Of a stretch of DNA of 64,000 nt, positions 1-11,000 are shown in pieces (within the stretch, counting starts at the first letter, position 1; each line of letters opens with the position of its first letter). The notes beneath the pieces are model-generated. The model made no database searches. It saw only the letters and a program-made list of their open reading frames with translations, and was not told where the DNA came from. Position numbers and translations under genes: made by a program. Origin of the DNA: Sphyrna mokarran (Eukaryota); NCBI GenBank assembly GCA_024679065.1, contig JAGIQG010000031.1, positions 19,778,001 through 19,842,000 of the forward strand, read 5' to 3'.

Positions 1-1000
1 ACCAGTGGAGTGCCCCAGGGATCTGTTCTAGGACCCTTGCTGTTTGTCATTTTCATAAATGACCTGGATGAGGAAGTGGAGGGATGGGTGAGTAAGTTCG
101 CCGATGACACGAAGGTCGGTGGTGTTGTGGATGGTCTGGAGGGATGTCAGAAGTTGCAGCATGACATCGACAGGATGCAAGACTGGGCGGAGAAGTGGCA
201 GATGGACTTCAACGCGGATAAATGTGTTGTGGTCCATTTTGGCAGATCCAACGGGATGAATGAGTACACTATCAAAGGTAGGAGTCTTAGCTGTGTGGAA
301 GAGCAGAGGGATCTTGGGGTCCGGGTCCATAAGACTCTCAAATCGGCCTCCCAGGTGGAGGATGTGGTTAAGAAAGCTTACGGTGTACTGGCCTTCATTC
401 ATCGAGGGATTGAGTTCAGGAGTCAGGAGGTAATGCTGCAGCTTTATAGGACCCTTGTCAGACCACACTTGGAGTACTGTGCGCAGTTCTGGTCGCCTCA
501 CTATAGGAAGGACGTGGAAGCTATTGAAAGGGTGCAGAGGAGATTTACAAGGATGTTGCCTGGATTGGGAGGCATGCCTTATGAAGACAGGTTGAGGGAG
601 CTGGGACTGTTCTCCCTGGAGAGACGAAGGTTGAGAGGCGACCTGATAGAGGTTTACAAGATGTTGAGAGGAATAGATAGGGTGGACTCTCAGAGACTAT
701 TTCCCAGGGCTGAAATGGTCGCGACGAGAGGGCACAGATTTAAGGTGCAGGGAAGCAAGTACAGAGGGGATGCTAGGGGAAAGTTTTTCACTCAGAGGGT
801 GGTGAGTGAATGGAATCGGCTGCCGTCGGTGGTGGTCGAGGCAAACTTGCTGGGGTCTTTTAAAAGACTTCTGGATGAGTATATGGGATCCAATGGGATT
901 GGGGGTTATAGATAGATCTATGGCTGGGTAGGTTTTGATGTGTTCGGCACAACTTGTGGGCCGAAGGGCCTGTTTGTGCTGTAGTGTTCTATGTTCTATG
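1..1000 (+). mobile_element. CR1-clade LINE 3' end (ORF2 reverse transcriptase C-terminal part 10-915, then 3' UTR and (GTTCTAT)n tail); 5' part lies outside the window
   Basis: Uninterrupted ORF with PQGSVLGP, SKFADD, LVRPHLEYC and ERRRLRGDLIE motifs; 3' end gggccgaagggcctg...gttctatgttctatg. Confidence 0.95.
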
Positions 1001-1009
1001 ATGCCCTGG

Positions 1010-2010
1010 TCTCAAATTGAATGAGCACCCAGAAATTGTCGCTCTCTAATAAACTGTCCCAACAATGCATCCAATGATGTTAAAATGGTTGATTACCTAC
1101 ACACTGACACAGAGCCCATAAAATACCCTTTAGTTAACCCACCAACCATAAATTACCTCACACTCTTAAAATAACCCAATGATTATAAACTAACGCACAG
1201 CCTTTAAAATAACCTACCAATAATAAACTACTTCATTTGCGCGGGTTAGATGTATTTTCTGTGCTAAGTTGCCCCTTAGTGTCCTGGGATGTGTTGGTCA
1301 GAGGGATTAATGGGTTTATGGGGATACGGTTTAGGTGGGAATGTTGTGGCTGCAAACTCAATGGGCCAAATAGCCTTCAACTGCATTGTCGAGTTTCTAT
1401 GAATTACACTTTAACTAACCAACCAACCATACAATATCCCATTGCCTTAACCTAACCCAATGCCACAAACTAACACTCCCCTTAAGTTGATCTACCAACA
1501 TCAACTGCCCTCCTCCCTTAAACTAACATACCAAAATCAACTACCTCTCTACCCTGAAACTAACCCGCTACCCATAAAGTACCCCTTTGTCCTTAAATTA
1601 ACCCAGCGACCATAAACTAATCCAGTACTTTTAAATTAACTTACCAACAATAAGTTACCTCGTTACCCTGAAAATGTTAACCATATAGTAACCATTAATC
1701 CACCATCCATCACCTACTAATTACCTTTAAACTCCCCAAATCTTAAACTAATCCACCAACTCTTCGTTATGTCACAATCTTAAACAATCTTCCAAACTTA
1801 CATTAAACTTAGCAACCAGCCACAAGCTACCCCATACCATTCAATGAAACCATTACCCTCAAACTAATCCACCAACCATGCATTAACCCACTACACAGAA
1901 GCGAAATCACAAACCATTAACTAACTCACTACATTGAAACCGCTCCACTATCCTTGAAGTAACCCACAACCTGTACACTAATCCACTATCATTAATCTAA
2001 CTCAGCACCT
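1010..2010. repeat. Degenerate C/A-rich minisatellite-like tract (units resemble taaactaacccaccaaccataaactacct, ~20/40 bp)
   Basis: Recurrent taaactaac/taaccca/accaac motifs with near-absence of G on the + strand; interrupted by a SINE fragment. Confidence 0.6.
1240..1402 (+). mobile_element. HE1-type SINE, 3' half
   Basis: gctaagttgccccttagtgtcc...caatgggccaaatagcc...ctgcattgt...ttctatg tail resembling the CR1 3' end. Confidence 0.7.
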
Positions 2011-2829
2011 CGGCCCCATCCTCACTGAAATGTAATTGAGTTTGAGATCCAGAAAGGGAGGCGAGTGTATCAAGTTGAGACAGTATTGGATATATCTGTA
2101 GAGACTAAGGGGTGAGTTGTCAGTGAACTGAAGGGCATTATCCTGTTTCGATCTATTTCCTGTCCGTTCACAATATATTTCATGGAATTCTTCAGTGAAA
2201 AGTACTTTTGTTGCACGTTTCGTAGTATTTTTGGTACCTTTCGGTACTTTAATTCTGAAGCCAATTTAAGTTACGTCCAATCATTGTCCCCACATGAGGG
2301 ACAAACTCGATCCAAGCTGACAAGACATTGCAGCCCCTTCTTGGACTTGATCAAACCAGATCCAAGAATGAGACACTTCACCCCTTCCCAGGCTTGATTC
2401 ACTCCTCCATCGTAGCCAAAAGACCCAGATCGCTTTAAAAAATTGAATTAGGCAAAGTCTCGGTTTAATCTTACTGATTTCCCTGACCCTTTACTTCACC
2501 CGAGCCTGGCCAGAAAATCCATAGCAGATGCCAGTACACACCAAGTGCAATGGACTCGCCCCTTCTCCTGCCCCATCATACTTTCACTCTTGTCACCTAA
2601 TCGGGACATGAATCTTTTGAAGGTTTTGAACTTCTGGTAACTTTATAGCGGCACTTTGGCAGTTTATTGACCTTTATGAAATCCTTAGTTCATGTATTTC
2701 TGTAAATTTACTTATACTGGGGAAAAAACTCAGGCTGCCAGTAACATTTACTTGTTCAAGCACAGTGGACAATGTATGGGGACAACAAGCTGTCTTCAGG
2801 CCCTGCCTTCAGACGGAATGATGTTGGCC

Positions 2830-2930
2830 TAGTCACCTGACAAAGGGGTAGAGCCCCGAAAGATAGTGGCGGATTGCTACCAAATAAATCTGTTGGGCTT
2901 TAACCTGATGTTGTGAGATTTCTTACTGTG
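2830..2930 (+). mobile_element. Penelope-like element terminal fragment with degenerate hammerhead core
   Basis: cacctgacaaaggggtagagccccgaaa...ccaaataaatctgttgg...aacctgatgttgtgaga. Confidence 0.55.
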
Positions 2931-3054
2931 TTCAGATTGAAGTTAACTGGCAGATTCAGGGTGCGATTGAACAACAGCGAGTTAGCCGCTTATATTCAGA
3001 CACTCTCACTTCCCCTAATTTTCGATCTGATTCCGTATTGATTGATTACATGAA

Positions 3055-3452
3055 GGGCAACACGATGACACAGTGGTAAGCACAGCTGTCTCACGGCACC
3101 AGGGAGTCAAGTTCAATTCCACCCTTGGATCATCCTGCCTGCATGGGTTTCCTCCGGGTGCTGCGATTTCACTAAAAGATGTGCAGTTTCGGTGGATTGA
3201 CCAAGCTTAATTGTCCCTCAGTGTCCAAAAATGGGTAAATTGGGCAATGGGTTACGGTGACAGGAAGATGGCCCTGGGTGAGATGCTCTTTCGGAGAGTC
3301 AGTGCAGACTTCATGGGTGGGATTTTACCTTCGCATGCCAGTGAGAGCAGAAATTCCACCCAGGATTGTCAGACCCTCGCCTGCGCCAAATCCTTGGCGG
3401 GCGCCACGGTAGAGTTCGAATGGCCTCCTCCTGCATTGCAGGGATTCTGTTC
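3055..3452 (+). mobile_element. HE1-type tRNA-derived SINE with a nested ~100 bp insertion in its tail
   Basis: A/B-box head (cacagtggtaagcac...gttcaattcc), gggtttcctccgggtgct core and CR1-like tail. Confidence 0.8.
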
Positions 3453-4419
3453 TAGATACAGAAAAGATTTGGCTTATTTCACTTCACTTTGAAAGGACAG
3501 GGAGAATTGATGTGTAATTAATTTTGCCGCTTGATTTAAACTCAGAGACTTGCGTTTCGGCGTGTTGATAATTTTTGCTACACCTGCCGGCAAGTGTGTA
3601 CAGATAATGGTAATTTTGTCCTGCCACCGAGTCTTTGTTGTCAAGGAGTAGTTTGTTTGCAAGCAGTAAACTTCCGTATATTTGCAGTGATATTAATGAT
3701 ATTGCCCAAATATATTATCCACTGGTTGTTACATTTCCCTCTTGCATCTTAGGCCAACGAATTTCACAATGCAAATGAAATGTCCAGCAACATCGCACTA
3801 ATATTATGGGTGAGCTGCCATCAAAACAAGAAACTGGAAATCCCCACAGCGCCAGGTGTTTCCTGTGAGGTCAACAGAACACGCAGTGACTGTTCTGAGG
3901 CTCTGCAAACTGTGAGCTGGTTTTCCCGTATTCATGAGAGTCTTTCTTGATTCCAAGCGCCTCCTATAAACCGTGCTACTGGATGAAAACAAGGGACACA
4001 ACAACTCTCTAACTCCCGGTTAAACATAGCGAAAGTTCTATTGCCAGCGAATGTGTCTGTGCGGCTTGCTTCTCACTGAGTGTTCACATGTTGAGCAAGC
4101 TGCTCTAAAAAGTGACGTAACGCATAAATTTTGTGCAATCCGCAGCGCTTCTGACAATCCGGTTCTGACCGCCACTCGACAATGGACAATGAAGAAAAAC
4201 TAGGCTACTCAGTTAGTGGCCCTGGATTATTGGCAATGTTCACAATGGTAACTGGCCTCATCAGCAGCGTCTGATCAACTCTGCCACCATGGGATGGGGC
4301 GTGTTCTCTTGATCTCAACATGATCCTAGTTATCAGCTTCTCCACAGCTCTGTACACATTTGTTCTATTCACCATCAATTGCATATCACTTCTTTATTTA
4401 TTGACCATATTGACTACTT

Positions 4420-6230
4420 TAAAAGGCAAAATACTGTGGATGCAGGAACATCAGCAGACAATGCCGGAACTTCTTAGCAGATCAGGCAATATGTACAGAG
4501 AGATTAATAGTCTAGCAGTCATACCACTAGGCAATGGATCAATTAATAAACTTGGCTAATGGGGACGTGGGTTTCTTTCAAAAAAAAACGCAATCAGGTT
4601 CACTGATGTCCTCTAGGGAAGGAAATCTGCTGTCCTTACCTGATCTGGCCTGCATGTGACTCCAGAGCCATAGCAATGGCCAAATACCCACTCAGTTCAA
4701 AGATACATAGGGATGGGCAATACATGCTGGCCAGCCAGCAACACTGACTGTCCAACAAATGAATAAAACAATAAAAGGAATTCAGGCCATTTTCTGAGAT
4801 TTGGGGAAAATGATCTCCAGGTATTCAAGTCAGAATTTAGGCAAGGGAAGGGGAAAAGGGGGAAAGGGTGAAATAGTAAATAGAAACTCTGTGATAAGTC
4901 TCCTATTCAGAAGTGCATTCCGGCAGCAATAAGATGGACTGAGCGATCAGGACCTCATTCTTTCAAAATCGACTGAATTCCAAAATTAGTGAAACGTCTA
5001 ATCGGAAGATGAAGCGCTGTTCCTCGGCCTTCATCTCAGCTGAATTGTAACAGCGTTGGAGATTGCGAGAGACAGATCGGGATGGGACAGGGACAGAGAA
5101 CGGGATGAAAAACTGACTGAAAGTTAGAACCCCGTTTCAGGGAGGTGCTGAACAAAGCAATGATGGAGAAGTGTGTCAAGACTAGTTGCAGGGAATTGTA
5201 CCTTTGAAATTGTATGAAGGGAAAGCAGAAGTGAGTATGTCGATTAGGAATATGGCACTTCGGTGATTGCGGTGGTAGAATTTGATTCCTTGTATGTGGA
5301 AGCTGGTGGATGTTGGTAAGGAGGGAATCTATATTATAGTCAGCAGAGGAATAGTAAGGTGTTGGACTAGAAATATGTGCAATAGGATAGATATGCTCGA
5401 GGGTCCACAGCAGCCATATTGCAAACGGATTCTAAATTGAGGCAATGGAGAGTAGATCAGAAACATTTGTGTGGAAGGCAGGATTGTCCAAATGGAAGAC
5501 ACAGAGATGCAGAATTGAAGAGAATGGAATAGAATCCGTGGAAGTGTCAGGATGTGAGAAAGTATAACTAAGGGAACTGTAGGAATCAAAGTTCTTGGAG
5601 TATAATTGATTGACATGGTTAATACTGATAGAATGAGTCACTGCTTCAAAGGCCCAGAATCTTTAAATTGCGGGGGTCAGTTGTTATAAAGGGATTCAAT
5701 TTTCTGGAGAGTTGAAGCCTTCCTGCAGCCACAGTAGTGGGAGCAAAGAATATTCCTGAGTGGATTAAGGACATTCCATGAAGGAAAGGGGAAAAAAATC
5801 TAGAAAACATGTTCAAATTAATGGTGTGTTTAAGTCAGGTCAAACAGGCAAAGTTTCAGTAACTGAGATAAAGATCAAAGAAGGTACTGTCCAATTTAGT
5901 CCCTAGATTGCTTTGTATTACAGAAACAAAAAGACAGTGCAGGTGAATATCTGCTTGAAGAGATGGGGGAGGGATGCCATCAGATCTATGAGACATTGAG
6001 ACAAGATCTGGGAAAAGAGGAATGTGCATTAACCATATGAGTTCCAGCAGTCGAGGACTCGGGCCGATTTCCACAGCGGGGGCTGGAAGTAGGGTTGTCG
6101 GGGAGAGTGGTAAACATCTGATAGTATTGGAACAGACAGAGAAAACAAACTGCCATATGTCAAAGGGTAGAGCTCCAAGAGCAGCAGATTGACCACAAAA
6201 CATCAAGCCAACTTGAATGATGGAGTGAAC
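4420..6230 (-). mobile_element. Degenerate Penelope-like retroelement, interrupted by a Deu-SINE fragment
   Basis: Minus-strand ORF 5432-5641 YTFSHPDTSTDSIPFSSILHL resembles the PLE RT thumb motif Y.S.HP..CK.SIPFSQFLRL; terminal aaaatactgtggatgcaggaa motif near 4430. Confidence 0.6.
4590..4770 (+). mobile_element. Deu-type SINE (SacSINE1-like) 3' fragment
   Basis: ggttcactgatgtcctctagggaaggaaatctgctgtccttacc...gggatgggcaatacatgctggcc...aatgaataaaa. Confidence 0.7.
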
Positions 6231-7749
6231 GAATGCTCCAAATCAGACTGACGAGCTGCAAGTGGAAATTGTCACTTGAAGCCACGTAGCTCTTTTAAAT
6301 AAATAGTTTAACGCCAGCTATATTGCGAGCTCACTGGCAAGTCACAGGTCAGTGCCGATAACTAACCAGGGTTCAGAACTTAAGAATACATGACCAGTTA
6401 TAATGTCAAATCCGATTATGCATAATTAACATAAAGCAATCAAGGAAGAGAAATTATCTCCACCCACTCAGTCACTGTAAAGGTTACAACATGAGTAAAG
6501 TCCAGATATTAAAACCAATCACAATCCCCTCAAGCCTGTTTAATTATAATATTCCATTAGCATGAAGACTTAATCATATTAACTGAACTAATTCATCTTT
6601 GTTACAAGTTATCATTAATGTCCTAGTTTGTGCCTGTTATCACTTCCAGTTCCAGATGTCTGATTTAGTGAACTTAGTCAGACTAGAAGCCTTGGCGCTT
6701 AACTGTGCAGACATTTATAAACCCATTTTTCTTTTCTCAGAGCAGCTTATGTGAAATTCAACCTTGTGTGACCATTAACCCTTTCAGAATTCGACAACTA
6801 CATAAAATGTGGAAACTGTTGGGAAAACGATATATGTTAAGGATCTCCAATTTTAACACCGATTCCTAAATACTGAATTGTCGATCATAAAGTTAATTTA
6901 GCAGATTCATCTGAAAAATGCATAAACAATGGAACAGCGATGTGGGGTATTTTCAACTACCCTAATTTAGAATGGGGGTAGTAAAAAGGCAAAGAGGATG
7001 AAGGATTGTTAAATTCTAATGCAATATGTTTGAAGCCCAAAGAGGAATGAAGCAGTGTTCGAGGTAGTTGTAGGGAATGAAATAGGAAAATTGTTTTGGG
7101 GGAAGGAAATAAAAATCAATCAGTTATAATATCAAAGAAATTTGAAAGACACAGAGAAAATTCAAAGAAGTTTTTTTTTGCAGGAAATGAAGCATTTTCA
7201 ATGATTGAAAGATGAGTGATAGTGAAGTTTAAAGTATTGTGTACAGTTCTGAACACTGTACTGTCTCTTCAACCATGGAGAGGGCATGAAGGTGGTTTAG
7301 GAGAAAGTTACCAGGGCCAAAGGAATACTGTTACGTGAGGGGCTTTGTGTTGATCAAGTTGGAGCAGGAAGGTTTAGGGGCAATTCAACAGAGTTATTTA
7401 GAATTATGAGAGACTGTGATAGAGCAAGAAGGTGGAAATGATTTCCTCTCGCAAGTGAATTGGGAAACATAGTTGGTAAATAGAATATAGTCATTAGAAG
7501 AACCAGAAGTAATGATGGAAATCACTTCACACAGAGGGTTACTCAAATTTTCAACGCACGAGCTGAAAGAGCAATGAAATCAGATTCTAGAGGAACATTT
7601 TAAAGGCAATTGAAGGCGTTTTTGGAGAGATCAGTATGTTGGGATCTCGGGAAAAGCTGCGTACATGAGAATACTTCACACAGCTATTTCTAAGAAACTG
7701 AACCAAGCAACCTCCTTCTGTACTTGATTAAATCTGTGATCTGGATGCA

Positions 7750-7915
7750 AGACTGTTGACTCATTTTCATTTCAGACTGTTGAGTCATTAGCCTCTCAGG
7801 ATAAGCTGGTGCTTGGAACCTGGTGCAGCACATTACGCCTGATTTGTTCATTTGACCAGATTGCAGCTGACGGTTTGCACACTATTGGTTACTTAAAAGG
7901 AAACATTGGTTTCTC
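7750..7915 (+). promoter_or_regulatory. Putative proximal promoter of the SRCR gene
   Basis: AP-1 motifs TGACTCA 7757-7763 and TGAGTCA 7781-7787, E-box CAGCTG 7864, inverted CCAAT (ATTGG) 7884 and 7905, Ets-like AGGAAA 7898; all within ~140-290 bp upstream of the ATG. Confidence 0.4.
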
Positions 7916-8046
7916 TACACGCTGGTACAAAGGAGTTAACTCCCAAAACAGTCGGACAGTGAAAAGGTGCTGAAAGACCGCTCGGCATCTCCGAAAAGCA
8001 TTCGGTCAATCTTCAGATGTTATCCCTGTAATTGACAGCCCGAAAG

Positions 8047-8092
8047 ATGTTGTTGCCTCGTCTGATCTTCATTCTGCTGCAGCTTTTAAACT
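8047..8092 (+). CDS. Signal-peptide exon MLLPRLIFILLQLLN
   Basis: aagATGt start, hydrophobic run, strong donor T|gtaagt in phase 1; conserved in the inverted copy. Confidence 0.7.
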
Positions 8093-11000
8093 GTAAGTGA
8101 TTGAAGGTATTCACTTATCTAATAATGCGTAGTGCACAATTGAAATGTGTTCATTTTTGATGCATTGGACATTACTGAAATGTTCGTATAGTTACACATT
8201 CAGCATTCCTGAAGTGTGTGCATTATTGATACATTGACCATTACTAAAATATGTGCATTAATATAATAACAAAATGTTATGAAGAGCAGTCGAACACAGT
8301 CCCTTTTCACCTGCGGGGAAACATTGAACTTGAGCTGACAAGTGAAATCATTTTTGGCGAAACCTTTGAGTTTCGAATATATCTCAACTAACTGCAATAC
8401 TGACAGGCAAGTGTTGTGTCAAAATTAGATTTAAAAACTTAAGCGAATGCAAGTGCCACAGCAGCCCGCTGTGTTTTGTACGCTGTCGCTTTGTGCAGAA
8501 ACAACAGTCCAGAAATGAATTTCTAACCTACTGTTTGAAGCCAGCATTCGAGAGGTCGTGTCCGATTTTTGTTAGACCAGATTGTATTTCAGTTTGGGTA
8601 TACGTTAACTCACTGAGGGCAGACTCCAGGCAGAACTGCACGGACTCCCGACCGATCCGACACAGACGGATCTATAGTAGATATTTCTCAGCATCAGTAT
8701 TGTCTGAACACCATGCGGTACATTTAATCCAAGCATTTGCGCACTTTGTGCAGCCCTGAAGCGTTGCAAAATGGCAGCTAAGCTGGAGGTGCAACTTTTT
8801 ATTCAAAACCGTATTTAATATTTCTATCAAAGCAAATCACTGCCGTTGGTGGAATCTGAAACCAAAAGAGAAAATGCTGGAAAATCTCAGCAACTTCGGC
8901 AGCATCTGCAAGGAAAGGAAAGACTGACGTTTCGACTCCAGATATTCTCTTGCCATCCAGACTCCGCTTGATGACTTCAAAAGTTGTTTAATATAAAATA
9001 CTTCATTTATTTATACATACAGTGCCTTGTGCTAATTTACACTTCCTCAATCGTCCATATTTTCCACATATATATTTATACATTATCATGTGTTGAATTA
9101 CATGGAAACTTATTTTTATCAACTTTCCGCCTTCTCGATATGTCTTATTGAGTTGCTCAGTGCTTTTCCGATTCAGGTCCTCACTCATTCCAATGTGTGC
9201 ACATTGAACCAATGTGTTTGGTTACATTTGTTGATTTTTATATTATAATAATGCTGGTATGCCAAGAGGGACACTTTGTGCCACGGCTTCCTGATACTTT
9301 GTGCAGTTACTGAATATTGGATGCTAAGATCCGAAATATATGGTTTATTTAAAGTATATTATCATCGAGTGCAATTCGGTATTTCCCTCGGTTTGCGATT
9401 GCATCTCCGTTGCTGAATATTGCGATAGAAAGGCCTTCTTGAAGTCAGTCGGCAGGAGGTCTAGCTTGGGCTAGTGTTGTACACTCAGGGAGGTTAACTA
9501 ACAATGCAGGCTCCTGGATCCCTGAAGTAGCCACTTTGAGCTTGTTGGGTCCAACTAGTCTGCTTAGGATTTCGTTTTCTGTCTGCTTGTCTTTGCAAGA
9601 GCAACGGAGGACCAAGTAAAGCAAACCGCAGCAGCATTGGTGTTCAATGTTTTGTTTAAATGTTAAATTGGGAGATTAAAATGCTTGTTAATGAGATATA
9701 AGATGGATCAGAAATGTTAAATTAACACAAGGCAGTGTCTGTATGAAAATGAACAGAATACTACAAACAATATTAAAGGTGATCATATTGAATATCACCA
9801 GTAACTAATCACAAACTCGGAATTAATCTCAGATAGGTTTATCATTCAACACTATTTTATAGCCAAGTGCATCAAATTCAATTAAGACAATCGGTCTTCA
9901 TTTCTGCCACGGACCGTAAAAAACGTGCATTATAGTTGAGGTAATGGAATTTGCCTTTGAGATTTTCGTCATGTTTAGATTTCTTATTGAAAATAATCCC
10001 GCAGCCGCTTCTCTCCATTTCTCTCCAATCGCTTTGCATAGACGAAACAGATTGGAGTTAAAATATCAAGTGGCGCCGAGTTATAGGAAGTGGTCAGTAT
10101 TGGAATAGAGGGTATGGGAGTCAGAAATATTCGGGATATTAGATCAGCAAGGCCATCATTCAACCATGAATGTACCGACTGCCGAATCAACCCGCATTGA
10201 GATTTCTGTCCCCGGAGTTTCGCAGTGCAAGTTCAGTGTGAAGGCACTATCAAAGTATAAATAGTTTGCACAGATTGGAAAAATGTGATAAATATTGTAT
10301 GTATTGACCCGAAAATAACATCGTTTCATTGATTTTAAGTATTAATACAATTGTCCCAGAAGTCCCAAAAGTATTCCATTGCTCAGGTACGATTTGCTGT
10401 ATGTGTCTGCCTTTGACGTCAAATTAACTTTGGATGTCATGCACAGTGTCTTAAGATAATTCGTGCATTTGGTCTCTTAAGATCAAACTCTGTGTTCGTC
10501 GTCTACTGGGAGAGGAAGGGCTCCAATGAAGATTTGAGACAGTGGACCAGCAACACATTACTGAATCATACATCAAACTTGACGGGCCTTATGGTCTATT
10601 CCCGGCCCAGTGTGTGTTATTTCATCTCCTTTCAAATGGTCTATGTTCTGGTCACTTTGTTAACAAATCCTTTTGCCTATTTATCTTCGACTGATTGTGA
10701 CCAGAACAATTTGCATGGGTCCTGTAAAGTTTTTGCTTTACGTTTGGTTATATTCTGACCATGATAACGTTTACTCAGGCACATGCACAGAAATTTGGAG
10801 TTAGATATTTGGAAGTTACTGAAAGCACTATTGATTTGATTTAATTTAATTTAATGTTGGCACATGCATTAATACACAGGAAAAATATGCGCTATACAGA
10901 GAGAACATACCATTTTTATAGTACACAGGGGAGAAGGAAAGGAGAGAGTGCAGTATAATAGAGCATTGCTGTCTCTGGGTGTAGGGAAGGATCTTAATAT

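Noticed and set aside
28-501. 157-aa antisense ORF
   Set aside because: Shadow frame of CR1 ORF2.
3055-3125. tRNA-like A/B boxes here and at other SINE heads
   Set aside because: They continue into SINE body and tail; no complete cloverleaf, so not tRNA genes.
4113-4253. CRE-like TGACGTAA, CATAAA and ATG...|gtaact as an alternative first exon
   Set aside because: The peptide is not signal-like and the downstream exon has stops before the 8047 ATG; at most an unsupported non-coding exon.
10360-10386. 27-nt candidate micro-exon
   Set aside because: Joining it to exon 1 creates TAA, and the acceptor is not conserved in the other arm.
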